Positions 19,184 through 29,514 of a DNA stretch of 64,000 nucleotides are shown here, piece after piece. The DNA comes from Desulfobulbus propionicus (lineage in GTDB: Bacteria > Desulfobacterota > Desulfobulbia > Desulfobulbales > Desulfobulbaceae). How positions within the stretch are numbered: the stretch's first letter is position 1; every line of letters starts with the position of its first letter. The position numbers and the translations under genes were made by a program. Where the stretch lies: NCBI GenBank assembly GCA_002747135.1, contig PDTE01000022.1, positions 167 to 64,166 on the forward strand, written 5' to 3'. The notes beneath the pieces were generated by a model. It had not been told where the DNA came from. It saw only the letters and a list, made by a program, of their open reading frames with translations, and searched no databases.

Positions 19184-20299
19184 TTACAGGATCACGAGTT
19201 CACCCTGCAAAGCTCCTGCTGCCTTGATGGCCTGAAAAATTGCAATGAGATCACGGGGGGTTGCGCCAATGGCGTTGAGGGCCTTGGCTATTTCGCCTAT
19301 ATTAACTCCCATCTCCATAACCACCAGGTTACCTTCTTCCTCGGTCATGTTAATAGTGGTTGTGGGCGAAGCAGTGGTTTCTCCAGTTGCCAGAGGATTG
19401 GGCTGTGAGACTTCAATGGATTCAGAAATGACCAGATTAAGATTGCCATGGGAGACCGCAACAGTAGAGATTCTGACGTCCTGGCCCATGACAATGGTGC
19501 CTGTCCGTTCGTTGACTACAATGCGCGCAGGTGTATCTGGTTCGATGTCGATATTTTCCAGTTCAGCGATAAAGTTGACCATGTCCCCAGAAAATTTTTC
19601 TGGCCTGAGTACTTTGATGGTCGCTGAATCGAGTGATTTGGCGGTTTCCGGGCCAAAGTAATTATTAATGGCCGTTTCCATGCGTGAGGCGGTGGTAAAA
19701 TCAGTTTCCTTAAGCTGAAAGAGTAATGCCCCATTTTCTGGTAAATCGTAATCGACCCTACGCTCAACAATAGCACCTCCGGTGATGCGTGCTGCTGTGG
19801 GGAAATTTTTCTGCACCTCAGCAGATTTGCCGCCATAGGATATGCCTCCGACAGCAAGTGGCCCCTGGGCAACTGCGTAGGTTTTGCCATCAGGCCCTTT
19901 GAGCGGGGTCATGAGGAGATTGCCGCCAGACAGGCTGGAGGCATCACCGATCGAGGAAACATGAACATCAATGGCCGAGCCTGGGCGGGCAAAAGGAGGG
20001 AGTCTGGCTGTAATCATGACCGCAGCGACATTTTTTGTTTTCATCTGGTTAAAGACATCATCAGTAAGCGCCATGCCCAACCGCTTGATCATATTGATCA
20101 TAGCCTGTCTGGTGAAAACTGATTTTTTAATATCGTCGCCCGTACCGTTTAAACCAATGACAATACCGTATCCCATCAGCTGATTATCACGAACTCCCTG
20201 TATGGTAGTCAGATCCTTGATGCGGGTGGCATTGGCGTTAAATCCGCAGGTAAAAACTGCCAGGAAAAGGATATATGTTGTATAGGCAGACAATCTCAT
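19184..20299 (-). CDS. flgI: Flagellar P-ring protein
   Basis: RIKDL..QGVRDNQLMGYGIVIGLNGTGD, KNVAAVM, AGALQGEL. Confidence 0.97.
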   Translation of the reverse strand: MRLSAYTTYILFLAVFTCGFNANATRIKDLTTIQGVRDNQLMGYGIVIGLNGTGDDIKKSVFTRQAMINMIKRLGMALTDDVFNQMKTKNVAAVMITARLPPFARPGSAIDVHVSSIGDASSLSGGNLLMTPLKGPDGKTYAVAQGPLAVGGISYGGKSAEVQKNFPTAARITGGAIVERRVDYDLPENGALLFQLKETDFTTASRMETAINNYFGPETAKSLDSATIKVLRPEKFSGDMVNFIAELENIDIEPDTPARIVVNERTGTIVMGQDVRISTVAVSHGNLNLVISESIEVSQPNPLATGETTASPTTTINMTEEEGNLVVMEMGVNIGEIAKALNAIGATPRDLIAIFQAIKAAGALQGELVIL

Positions 20300-20318
20300 G
20301 GGCGTCTCTCCGTATCTG

Positions 20319-21035
20319 TTAAAAAGGCCAGGTGTTGTCGATTATCCGGGTGAGCCACCCTGGATTTTGTTTGTCAGTGATGACACCCTTGCCAGTATAG
20401 GTGATCTGAGCGTTAAGGATATTGCCGGAGTTAATGGTATTGGAAGCACTGATATCATAGGATCGTACTATGCCTGTGAGGTAGATTATCTGGGACTCAT
20501 TGTTGACCGTAACAGATTTTCCACCCCTTATCTTCAGATTTCCGTTTGGATAAACCTCGATAACCTGGGTTGTTAACGTTGCCGCAAGATCTTCAGAGCG
20601 GGTGGTTTTACCGTTTCCTTTAAATGAATTGGAAATGGAGGCATCAACCAAAGAGGAGAGATCCAGGTTTGGGTTGTTTTCTGCAACTTCGCTTTCAAAG
20701 CCAAAGAATTTGGAGATGGCCGCGCTTATACTTGAGTCTCGACCAGTTTCTGTTGTTGATTCCTTCGAGGCAGAGGCCTTTTCTTCAATGATAACAGTGA
20801 CAATATCCCCAATATTCCTTGCCTTGATATCAGCCAGCCAATTGCCTTCATCACCTGTCCATAAAGTCCCTGGTGATTGGGGGTGCGGCTCTTTTACCAC
20901 AGGTGCTTCCAGCGGTTCAGGGACATCAACTACTTCTTTATGCGGATTTGCGCATCCCTGAATAAAGGGCAGGATGAAAAAGACTTTCCAGACAATTATT
21001 GATTTTGCCAGAATATTTTTTGCCTTGTTGCTCAT
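20319..21035 (-). CDS. flgH: Flagellar L-ring protein
   Basis: Lipoprotein; KARNIGDIVTV, PNGNLKIRG, PGWL...WPF. Confidence 0.96.
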   Translation of the reverse strand: MSNKAKNILAKSIIVWKVFFILPFIQGCANPHKEVVDVPEPLEAPVVKEPHPQSPGTLWTGDEGNWLADIKARNIGDIVTVIIEEKASASKESTTETGRDSSISAAISKFFGFESEVAENNPNLDLSSLVDASISNSFKGNGKTTRSEDLAATLTTQVIEVYPNGNLKIRGGKSVTVNNESQIIYLTGIVRSYDISASNTINSGNILNAQITYTGKGVITDKQNPGWLTRIIDNTWPF

Positions 21036-21036
21036 G

Positions 21037-22002
21037 TCAAAACTCCACTGAAACTATACCGGGACTCTGGACGCGGGCATAAACGAGTTTGTTGGACTGA
21101 ATATTTTTCACCCGGATAATATCACCAGCCCCGCCGCTTTTCCTCGCTATACCGCTGGAGGTTATTTTAAGATTACCCTTATGGGCAAGGATGGTCACTA
21201 ATTGGCCTTCTCTGACTACAGGAGGAGGTTTAATATCATCCTCTTCTACAGGTTTCCCCGCTCGCATGGTTTTTGCAGCCATCATGCCAAGTGCCTGGTT
21301 TAAAGAAAAAACAGGACTGTTTATTTGGGAGATATCTTTCTTGATCAGGAAAAGATCGTCTGGTTTTATTATAGCGTTACTCTGTATCCTTTTTGCCGCG
21401 ACAACGACTTTTTTCAGGATTTCAACCCTGCCGCGAACTATGCAGTTATGAGCTGGTTTGTCATTGATGCGGAAAAAAATGGAGAACGTGGAGCTGTTAA
21501 TGATGGATTCATTGGATGGGGTCACCTTCCAGCTCACTGTACCGTATGGCAACAGAACTTCATCTGGAGCCCGCAGGGAGGTAAAGCGTATTTCCCCTTT
21601 GGGCAGCATTTCTTTTTTTTGGGCAAGGTAGCTGACAATAAGTTGTTGCAGCTGCTCCCTTGTTACCCGTATGGCTTTTTGTTTAACGGTAACATTCGCT
21701 GCTCCCTGCCATATAATTCCGGCAGCAGCAGGCACCGCCTGCAAAGATGGCATTAAGGAAGAGACAGCTATCTGTTTTTCTTCTCCAGGCGCAGGAGCAG
21801 AGCTGATTACAATTTTATTGAGATGGTCTGTCGTCTTGTTTTCAGTTGAAAACCGGACAATATCTCCAAGGGTGATAGTATCTGCTGATATAGATGCCTC
21901 AGACAGAAAAGTTGCTTTAATCTCCGCAATAGCTGTCTGGTACGAAGATGCCATCAGCACCAATATTGTCAGTATTATCAAGACAGGAGATTTCATATCC
22001 AT
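21037..22002 (-). CDS. flgA: Flagellar P-ring formation chaperone
   Basis: Signal peptide, SAF domain, GDIIRVKNIQSNK; position between flgG and flgH. Confidence 0.92.
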   Translation of the reverse strand: MDMKSPVLIILTILVLMASSYQTAIAEIKATFLSEASISADTITLGDIVRFSTENKTTDHLNKIVISSAPAPGEEKQIAVSSLMPSLQAVPAAAGIIWQGAANVTVKQKAIRVTREQLQQLIVSYLAQKKEMLPKGEIRFTSLRAPDEVLLPYGTVSWKVTPSNESIINSSTFSIFFRINDKPAHNCIVRGRVEILKKVVVAAKRIQSNAIIKPDDLFLIKKDISQINSPVFSLNQALGMMAAKTMRAGKPVEEDDIKPPPVVREGQLVTILAHKGNLKITSSGIARKSGGAGDIIRVKNIQSNKLVYARVQSPGIVSVEF

Positions 22003-22032
22003 GGGTCATCAATAAATAGAGAAAACAGCTGG

Positions 22033-22812
22033 TTACATATTGGTTACTGTTTGCATCATTTCGTCAGAAGTGCTGACAACGTTGGAGTTGATTTCAAACG
22101 AGCGCTGGGTGGTGATCATGTTGGCCAGCTCTTCCACCAGGTTGACGTTGGAAGTTTCAATATATCCTTGAAGCAGTTGACCGTAACTGTCCTCCCCTGG
22201 CGTGCCTGTAGCAGCAACACCAGAGGCCTCGGTTTCCCTGAAAAGATTTTGACCTATGGCCGTGAGTCCGGCGGGGTTGACGAATATTGCAAGCTCAATA
22301 TTACCAAGTTCTGTTGACTCGGTTTCGTCGTCCAGAAGAGCGCTGACTATTCCGGATTCACTGATTGTCAGCTCTGTTGCTCCTTCAGGAATAACGATTT
22401 CAGGCTGCAGCGTATAACCGTCTGAAGTGACCAGTCTCCCATCGCCATCCTTCTTAAAATTACCAGCTCTGGTATAAGCTGTATTGCCGTTTGGCAGATC
22501 TACCTGAAAAAAACCGTCTCCCTCAATGGCAAGATCAAGCTCATTTTCAGTTTCGCTAAGGTCTCCTTCGGTAAAAACCTTGGTGATGCCGGCAGTTTTT
22601 ACCCCCACACCAACCTGAATACCAGTAGGGGACATGGTATCGTCTGAAGTCGGGGCACCCGGCACCTTCATCTTCTGGTAAATCAGGTCTTGAAAATCTG
22701 CCCGGCTTTTTTTAAATCCGGTCGTGGAGACATTGGCCAGGTTGTTGGCAATAACATCCAGATTGAGGTTCTGGGCTGACATTCCAGTGGTTGCTGTCCA
22801 TAGTGATCTCAT
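22033..22812 (-). CDS. flgG: Flagellar distal rod protein
   Basis: MRSLWTATTGM, IANNLANVSTTGFKK, YTRAGNF, ETSNVN; start moved to ATG 22812. Confidence 0.96.
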   Translation of the reverse strand: MRSLWTATTGMSAQNLNLDVIANNLANVSTTGFKKSRADFQDLIYQKMKVPGAPTSDDTMSPTGIQVGVGVKTAGITKVFTEGDLSETENELDLAIEGDGFFQVDLPNGNTAYTRAGNFKKDGDGRLVTSDGYTLQPEIVIPEGATELTISESGIVSALLDDETESTELGNIELAIFVNPAGLTAIGQNLFRETEASGVAATGTPGEDSYGQLLQGYIETSNVNLVEELANMITTQRSFEINSNVVSTSDEMMQTVTNM

Positions 22813-22846
22813 AATATGCTCATCCGTTCTGGTAGAGGTTTCGAAG

Positions 22847-23584
22847 CTATCCAACTGAACCAAGTTCGTCTTGTTTTTCACTTATGGTTGAATAACTTTC
22901 CAGTGTCTTGATATAGGCTTCAAATTTTCGTTGAGTATTAATCATGGTTGCCATCTCTTCCATCATATTTACATTTGAGGTTTCAAGACTTCCTTGAATG
23001 ATGGTGGCGTCCTGTGCTGGCTGCGATGTTGCTCCGGCCTCAAGGGTGAACATGGTATGTCCATGGGGAGAGAGCTTCTGGGGATCGTTTATTGAGAACA
23101 CCTGGAGTTTTGCGCCAGCAGGCAGGCCATCCAGGGAAATGTTGCCGGTCTTGTCTATCTCTATGACACTTCCTGTCGCTCCAATAAGCTGCAGGGGCTG
23201 GTCACCACGACCGATAACGTTATACCCCTCAGATGTTTTAACCATGCCGTTTTCGTCAATCTGTAAATGCCCCTCCCGGGTATAGAACACCTCGTTTCCT
23301 CGTCTTGTTTTAAAAAAACCGTCCCCGCCTATGGCCACATCAAGACTCCTGCCAGTCTCCTGCAGTCCTCCCTGGCTAAAATCAGTGTCAATGGTTCGGA
23401 CACGGGAGTAGTTAATACCGTTACTGTCTGCGGTCTGTTTGGCGCCGCGCAGTATGGCCTCAAAACCTATTCGTTTTTTTTTAAAGCCAGTGGTGTTGAC
23501 ATTGGCCAGGTTGGCAGCCAGATTGTCAAGTGCCTGTTCTCTTGCAACTGCTCCACTCAGAGCACTGTATTTTCCTGAAACCAT
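22847..23584 (-). CDS. flgF: Flagellar proximal rod protein
   Basis: AANLANVNTTGFK, TDFSQG, LETSNVN; start moved to ATG 23584 because the longer ORF begins inside a MITE. Confidence 0.93.
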   Translation of the reverse strand: MVSGKYSALSGAVAREQALDNLAANLANVNTTGFKKKRIGFEAILRGAKQTADSNGINYSRVRTIDTDFSQGGLQETGRSLDVAIGGDGFFKTRRGNEVFYTREGHLQIDENGMVKTSEGYNVIGRGDQPLQLIGATGSVIEIDKTGNISLDGLPAGAKLQVFSINDPQKLSPHGHTMFTLEAGATSQPAQDATIIQGSLETSNVNMMEEMATMINTQRKFEAYIKTLESYSTISEKQDELGSVG

Positions 23585-23660
23585 AATTTTCTGTAAGGTT
23601 ATGCTTATCTCTACCTGTTTTTCGGTAATGACGCGGGGTTTCTTAATCTCTTCTTTTGCT

Positions 23661-23880
23661 GTAGCCACTCACAGGGCATGTAATCAATCACGGGGTCTGT
23701 GTTTCCCTGTTATTTCCTGTTTCCGACGTGTAACTGGTTACAGGTGCAACAGAATTGGACAAGCACCATTTCCCGCTATACAAGAGTATGCGGGAAATGG
23801 TGATCGTACAAAGATGAAGTGCCTGTAATCAATTACCAGGGCAAGTACCATCTTGGTTGCACTTGCTTTATGTCTGTTAC
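23661..23880 (+). mobile_element. MITE family A left arm interrupted by family B
   Basis: GTAGCCACTCACAGGGCAT [B] CAGGGCAAGTACCATCTTGG. Confidence 0.82.
23680..23836 (+). mobile_element. MITE family B, full length, nested in A
   Basis: GTAATCAATCACGGGG...CCTGTAATCAATTAC; flanks CAGGGCAT/CAGGGCAA. Confidence 0.9.
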
Positions 23881-23883
23881 GTA

Positions 23884-24291
23884 TCAGGATCTCGCTATGG
23901 AGCGTAACTTCATCAGCTGCGAGGCTTCCACTCCGGAAATACCTACAATGGAGGCCATTTCCTCACTGTCCAGTCCCAATTCAGCCAGGTTATTCAGGAT
24001 TACATATTTCTCCGGCGGCGGTTGGTCTGGCCTGGATAATCTGTCCAGTCTGTGCTGTTGCAGGGTGTTTCTCATCGAAATGTTGAGCAGACTGCGCTGA
24101 AAAGCACTGGGTTGCATGGTGACGTCATCTGCTTCAAGTGCTTTTTCAGCTTTTTTTCGCAAAAGGTGCAGCCTCTGCTCTGTATCCGGCTGTCTGTTTC
24201 TGTGAAGTTTCTGCCATAAGATAAGGGTAATGAGGCTTAAGAAAAATCCGAGCAATGTACTGAGAAGAACGAGGATCAAAGACGATGACAT
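23884..24291 (-). CDS. Membrane-anchored hypothetical protein (DUF2802-like C-terminus)
   Basis: N-terminal TM helix; C-terminal LAELGLDSEEMASIVGISGVEASQL HTH-like segment. Confidence 0.75.
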   Translation of the reverse strand: MSSSLILVLLSTLLGFFLSLITLILWQKLHRNRQPDTEQRLHLLRKKAEKALEADDVTMQPSAFQRSLLNISMRNTLQQHRLDRLSRPDQPPPEKYVILNNLAELGLDSEEMASIVGISGVEASQLMKLRSIARS

Positions 24292-24307
24292 AGTATTACC
24301 TCACAAT

Positions 24308-25039
24308 TTACTCATACAGCTCCGAGTTTATCAGCTTCACCCTCAGTTTCAGCAAGGCTTGACTATGCAGCTGGGAAACCCTTCCTTCTGAAACCGATAT
24401 GACTTCAGCGATCTCTTTTTGGGTTAATTCCTCATAATAATACAGGGCAATGACAAGACGCTCCTTTTCGGACAGCTCCTCTAGTATATCTGCTATTATT
24501 TCAGTTAGTTCATCCTGTTCTATCCGCTCTGTCGGTGTCAGCCCCTCAATGTCTTCCAGCGAGTCAAGAAAATTTCTGCCTTCTTCACTGTGGTCAAGCG
24601 TTTCATGCAGACTCACGCAGCCGAGATGGCTTACCTGGTTGAGCATGTCGCGGTATTCTTCTCTGGTAATATTCATAGCCCGTGCCATTTCTTCTTCATC
24701 CGGCGATCTTCCAAGCTGTCTCTCCAGGCCCAGCATAGTTTGAGACAACTGGTTGTGCCTGTCGCGCAAGGTTCTGGAAAACCAGTCAAGCTTACGCATT
24801 TCATCAAGAATTGATCCGCGCATTCGGTATTCGGCAAAGGTCTTGAACTTGACGCCTTTAGAGCTGTCGTATCGATTTGCAGCCTCAGTGAGTCCAACCA
24901 TGGCCGCGCTGACCATATCCTCACGGGTCATAAAAGAAGGCACTTGTACCTTCATGCGCTGCACCACCAGATCAATAAGAGGCATATTGTCCCGAATGAG
25001 CTGTGACCTGTCATCTAAAGGAGGTACCGGAGGAATCAT
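24308..25039 (-). CDS. fliA: RNA polymerase sigma28 factor
   Basis: FKTFAEYRMRGSILDEMRKLDW, LYYYEELTQKEIA, EGRVSQLH. Confidence 0.97.
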   Translation of the reverse strand: MIPPVPPLDDRSQLIRDNMPLIDLVVQRMKVQVPSFMTREDMVSAAMVGLTEAANRYDSSKGVKFKTFAEYRMRGSILDEMRKLDWFSRTLRDRHNQLSQTMLGLERQLGRSPDEEEMARAMNITREEYRDMLNQVSHLGCVSLHETLDHSEEGRNFLDSLEDIEGLTPTERIEQDELTEIIADILEELSEKERLVIALYYYEELTQKEIAEVISVSEGRVSQLHSQALLKLRVKLINSELYE

Positions 25040-25067
25040 TTTTTAGCCAGGTTGCTGTTGGTATGTG

Positions 25068-25221
25068 GTAACGACTCACAGGGCATGTACCACCCTGGTT
25101 TTACTTGCTTTACGTCTGTACCTGCTTTCATCTCGCCCGGATATGGGCACGATTGGCAGGGATAGTCCCTTTATGCAGCTAACCGTGAACGCCCGAAGGT
25201 GGGTAAGCTGGGAGCAGGTAT
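25068..25221 (+). mobile_element. MITE family A
   Basis: GTAACGACTCACAGGGCATGTACC...GGGTAAGCTGGGAGCAGGTA between flhG and fliA. Confidence 0.85.
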
Positions 25222-25222
25222 G

Positions 25223-26128
25223 TTATTTGTTTCCCAGATCAAGTAATCTTTTCCAGAAAAACTGCAATGATCCTTTGGGCTCAAGCCGCTGAGGCTCCTG
25301 GATAATGCTGTGGGCAAGAGCAGAGAAGGCGGCACTGGTCTTTGATTCGGGAAAAAGTTCGACCAGTACCTGCTGTTTACGGATTGCGTCAATCATCATT
25401 TTGTCCCTGGGGATGGAGCCGGTATAATCTATGGAAATATCAAGGTACCTGTTGGCAACCATGGTCAGCTTTCGATATACCTCCAGAGCCTCTTCCTCAT
25501 TTTTGATAAAATTAACTATCAGGTTGAAATGCTTTTCGTGGTATTGCGTTGAGAGAAGTTTCATCAGAGCATAGGCATCGGTGATAGCTGTTGGCTCTGG
25601 TGTCGTGACTACCAGGATTTCATGGGCTGCTGTGTTAAAATAGGTTACGTTTTCAGATATACCTGCCTCGGTGTCGATGATGACATAGTCAAAATCATTA
25701 TGCATTGCATCCAGTGCTTCCAGGAGCCGCATCTTTTCGTTGGCATCCAGCCTGGTAAAGCGCTGTACCCCTGAACCTGCGGGCAGAATCTTTATTCCTT
25801 TGGGACCGTCGACAAGTATGGAACGTAAGTCCTGTTTGTTTGAAAAGAAATGATTGAGGTTGTAACTGGGCGCAAGGCCAAAGACTACATCTATGTTGGC
25901 AAGGCCAAGGTCAGCATCCAGGATCAGTACCCGTTTACCTCTTTCTGCAAGCAGTACAGATATATTGGCTACCACTGCGGTTTTACCAACGCCTCCCTTG
26001 CCACTGGTGACGGCAAATACCCTGGTTGTCGATGCTCTTGTATGTTGATCTGTTGATTCCGCCGTCTTTGTATTCATAGCCCGTAAGGTATTTGCCTGAT
26101 CCAACGGACGGTCCTGGTGTTCAGCCAT
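25223..26128 (-). CDS. flhG: MinD/ParA-like flagellar number regulator FlhG/FleN
   Basis: SGKGGVGKT, DADLGLAN, PEPTAITDAYA. Confidence 0.95.
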   Translation of the reverse strand: MAEHQDRPLDQANTLRAMNTKTAESTDQHTRASTTRVFAVTSGKGGVGKTAVVANISVLLAERGKRVLILDADLGLANIDVVFGLAPSYNLNHFFSNKQDLRSILVDGPKGIKILPAGSGVQRFTRLDANEKMRLLEALDAMHNDFDYVIIDTEAGISENVTYFNTAAHEILVVTTPEPTAITDAYALMKLLSTQYHEKHFNLIVNFIKNEEEALEVYRKLTMVANRYLDISIDYTGSIPRDKMMIDAIRKQQVLVELFPESKTSAAFSALAHSIIQEPQRLEPKGSLQFFWKRLLDLGNK

Positions 26129-26129
26129 T

Positions 26130-27416
26130 TCACTGGGTCCTGTGAGTATTTACGATAAGTTGTGCAATTTCAGCCGGATTTGGAGCTGTTATATCTTCCG
26201 GCACTCTCTGACCGTTGGTAAGAAAAGATACCGGGGTCATTGACGAGCGTTGATGAATATTAAGAATAACACCGAGTTGATCACATTCGTCTATTTTGCT
26301 GAAGATGAAGGAACTGATCGGCAGTATGCTGAATCTGTTAATGGTATCGATCAGCACTCCGTCTCTGGTTGACGCGGAGAGCAGCAGGTGATGCTCAATA
26401 CCGAAAGACGGGCGAAAAAAATATTGTAAGTCATTTATTTCATTTGTATTTTTAGGGCTTCTTCCCGCCGTGTCTATAAGGATCAGATCATAATCAGCGA
26501 ATTCCTGTAAGGTATGCTCAATCTCTTCCGGTTTGAGCACAACTTTAAGCGGTAGTTTCATTATTTCTGCGTATACCTTGAGCTGTTCGACTGCAGCAAT
26601 GCGGTAGGTGTCAATGGTGAGGAACGCTACCTTACCGCCATATTGCTGAAGATAATTGGCCGCAAGTTTGGCAATGGTCGTTGTCTTGCCTGCACCGGTA
26701 GGTCCAATCAAGCTTAGCCGCTGCTGGCGGCTTCCTGGTTCGCATAAAATTTTTTCCGTGGTGATAAGCCTGGCAATGGCAGCCTGCATGATGGCATCGC
26801 GGCCTGAGTTGCCTGGCTGTTCAACAAGATTTCCGGTTCCCTCCATTGTTGCCATGACTTTTGCTGCGGTCGAATGATCAAGGCCTTTTGCCAGAAGTGG
26901 TTTGAGTGAGGCATGATTCTCTGACAATTCATTCCTGAAGTATTCTGGCTCAATATAAGGCATGCTGACAGGCTCAGAAGCCTGAATGGACCGGGCCATC
27001 TGCTCCTTTATGGTCGAAATATGACCAGTAAGATCGCTGAGTGTATGCTTTAATTCGTTTATTTCCTGCTTGAGCTGTTCGTTTTCTCTGTCTTTCTGAC
27101 CTGGTTTGTCCCGACGTCCATCATGGGAGAAAGACTGCTGAAAAAGTTTTTCATAGGTAAGGTCGCTGCTTGCAGCACCATGAATTTCTTTTGCCTGCAG
27201 ATAATTCTTTTTTATGGCATCAGGTTTTGCCACAGGCAGCTCAGGAGCCCTGTTATCAATGGCAGCGGTGATTTCCAGATATGGTTTTGACAGCATCCCC
27301 ATCTTGCCGCGCCTGATTTTTTTGGTCGACAGGATTAACGCATCCGGGCCAAAGGTTTGCTTCACTTTTTTCAGACCGCTGGCCATATCTTCAGCTTCAA
27401 AGACCCTAACTTGCAT
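26130..27416 (-). CDS. flhF: SRP-type GTPase FlhF
   Basis: GPTGAGKTTT, DTYRIAA, DTAGRS, SKIDE, GQRVPED. Confidence 0.96.
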   Translation of the reverse strand: MQVRVFEAEDMASGLKKVKQTFGPDALILSTKKIRRGKMGMLSKPYLEITAAIDNRAPELPVAKPDAIKKNYLQAKEIHGAASSDLTYEKLFQQSFSHDGRRDKPGQKDRENEQLKQEINELKHTLSDLTGHISTIKEQMARSIQASEPVSMPYIEPEYFRNELSENHASLKPLLAKGLDHSTAAKVMATMEGTGNLVEQPGNSGRDAIMQAAIARLITTEKILCEPGSRQQRLSLIGPTGAGKTTTIAKLAANYLQQYGGKVAFLTIDTYRIAAVEQLKVYAEIMKLPLKVVLKPEEIEHTLQEFADYDLILIDTAGRSPKNTNEINDLQYFFRPSFGIEHHLLLSASTRDGVLIDTINRFSILPISSFIFSKIDECDQLGVILNIHQRSSMTPVSFLTNGQRVPEDITAPNPAEIAQLIVNTHRTQ

Positions 27417-29508
27417 CGATGGTTACCGTCCCAATGGATTGTATTTTAACATTGGTTGTTATTTCGTTATGGGAAAGAATGGCCAGGTTGGGAAAATACC
27501 GTTCAGTCAATCTGCGTACATGTGGTCTGATCTGTGGTATTACAAGCATTGCAGCCTGTTGTCCTCCGCGTTGTCCTTCGATAAGCTCGCTTAGCTTGTC
27601 AAGAATTTTTTTAGCAGCACCCGGTTCCAGGGCAAGGTAACTGCCATGCTCCCTGTGTTGAACAGCAGCCTGTATTGTTTCTTCAACCTTCCGGTCCATG
27701 GTGATTACCGGCATGGTACCGTCATTATTGGTGTGGGCAGCTGATATGGTTCGTGCCAGAGCGTGCCTGACATACTCTGTCAGAATGTCCGTATCCTGGG
27801 TCACGGGAATATAGTCAGCCATGGTTTCCAGGATTGTGCGAAGATCTCTGATGGACACATTTTCCCGCAGCAGATTCTGAAGAATCCGCATGATATTGCC
27901 GAGATTAAGGACGTTGGGAACCAGCTCTTCTATCAGTTTGGGGTAAGAGCGGCCAAGATTGTCAATCAGGGTCTGGGTTTCCTGACGACCAAGAAGTTCA
28001 TGAGCATGTTGCTTGATCACCTCGCTGATATGCGTTGCCATGACTGTCGTGCAGTCAACCACCGTGTATCCGGCAATTTGTGCCCGTTCTCTTTTGTCAC
28101 CGGTTATCCAGGTGGCTGGCAGCTGGAAGGCTGGCTCCTGAGTGGCAATTCCTTTGATGGTCTCTGTCACCATTCCCGGATCCATTGCCATATAGTATCC
28201 AGGCATCATCTCAGCTGTGGCTATCTGCACTCCTTTCAGGTTAATGGTGTACTGGTTGGGGTTAAGCTGCAAATTATCCTTGATATGAACAGGAGGGACT
28301 ATAAAGCCATTGGTAACGGCAAACTGCTTACGAATGGCCTGTATTCGCTGGAGAAGCTCTCCGTCCTGAGCCGCATCAACAAAGGGGATGAGACCATATC
28401 CCACTTCCAGCTCGATGAGATCCACATTAAGCATTTTCTGATAGTCGTCATCAGGCTTGGCCGTGGGCTTGGGTCTTTCAATTTTTCTTTCTGCAGCTTT
28501 GAGCCTCTTTTCCTCCTGGTCGATCCTGTACGCTGCATAGGCCATAAAAGCACTTATAATTAAAAAGGGAACAAACGGAAGGCCGGGAATAAGGGCAAAA
28601 GCAAAGAGAATGCCTGACACCACCCAAAGGGCTTTACCATAACGGGTAAATTGACTTTTTATTTCACTGCCCAGGTCATCTCTTCCTGATGAACGGGTGA
28701 CAAGCATGCCTGCAGCAGTGGATATGATCAGTGCTGGGATCTGGCCAACCAGTCCATCGCCAATGGTAAGGATGGTATAGTTCTGGGCGGCCTCTGCCAT
28801 GGGCATTCCTTTCTGCAGAACTCCAATGATAAAACCTGCGCCAATATTAATGAGGGTAATGATGATCCCGGCAATGGCATCACCACGGACAAACTTGGAG
28901 GCACCATCCATGGCTCCATGAAAGCTTGCTTCATCTGCAATTTCATCTCTGCGTTTTCTGGCAGTGGCCTCGTCAATGAGTCCTGAGTTCAGATCTGCAT
29001 CAATTGCCATCTGCTTTCCGGGCATGGCGTCGAGGGTGAAACGGGCGGCTACTTCTGCAATGCGGCCGGCGCCTTTGGTGATAACAATGAAATTGATGAC
29101 GACAAGAATGATAAAGATAACAAGCCCGACCACATAGGAGCCGCCAACAACGAATTGACCAAAAGACTGGATGACGGAGCCTGCAGCGTCCATCCCCTCA
29201 TTGCCATGCAGAAGTATGAGACGGGTTGAGGCAACATTAAGCGACAATCGAAAGAGCGTGGTAATAAGAAGAATGGAGGGAAAAATAGAGAATTCGACGG
29301 CTTTTTCGGTATAAAGGCTTATCACCAGAATGAGAATGGCAAGCGTTATATTCATGGAAAGGCATAAATCCAGAATCATTGGCGGCAAGGGGATTATCAT
29401 CAGAATGAGAATGCCGACCAGTCCCAAAGAGGCAGCTATGTCACTTCGCTTGAGCAAAGCTGTTAGTGACATGCGGTTTGATATGGGCTGGGTTGCTGCG
29501 GTTGCCAT
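27406..29508 (-). CDS. flhA: Flagellar export gate protein FlhA
   Basis: RIAEVAARFTLDAMPGKQMAIDADL, GAMDGASKFVRGDA. Confidence 0.98.
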   Translation of the reverse strand: MATAATQPISNRMSLTALLKRSDIAASLGLVGILILMIIPLPPMILDLCLSMNITLAILILVISLYTEKAVEFSIFPSILLITTLFRLSLNVASTRLILLHGNEGMDAAGSVIQSFGQFVVGGSYVVGLVIFIILVVINFIVITKGAGRIAEVAARFTLDAMPGKQMAIDADLNSGLIDEATARKRRDEIADEASFHGAMDGASKFVRGDAIAGIIITLINIGAGFIIGVLQKGMPMAEAAQNYTILTIGDGLVGQIPALIISTAAGMLVTRSSGRDDLGSEIKSQFTRYGKALWVVSGILFAFALIPGLPFVPFLIISAFMAYAAYRIDQEEKRLKAAERKIERPKPTAKPDDDYQKMLNVDLIELEVGYGLIPFVDAAQDGELLQRIQAIRKQFAVTNGFIVPPVHIKDNLQLNPNQYTINLKGVQIATAEMMPGYYMAMDPGMVTETIKGIATQEPAFQLPATWITGDKRERAQIAGYTVVDCTTVMATHISEVIKQHAHELLGRQETQTLIDNLGRSYPKLIEELVPNVLNLGNIMRILQNLLRENVSIRDLRTILETMADYIPVTQDTDILTEYVRHALARTISAAHTNNDGTMPVITMDRKVEETIQAAVQHREHGSYLALEPGAAKKILDKLSELIEGQRGGQQAAMLVIPQIRPHVRRLTERYFPNLAILSHNEITTNVKIQSIGTVTIDAS

Positions 29509-29514
29509 GCGATA

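Noticed and set aside
27763-28563. Long antisense ORFs (for example 27763-28563, 43011-43670, 12190-12828)
   Set aside because: Shadows of conserved genes on the opposite strand with no independent motifs.
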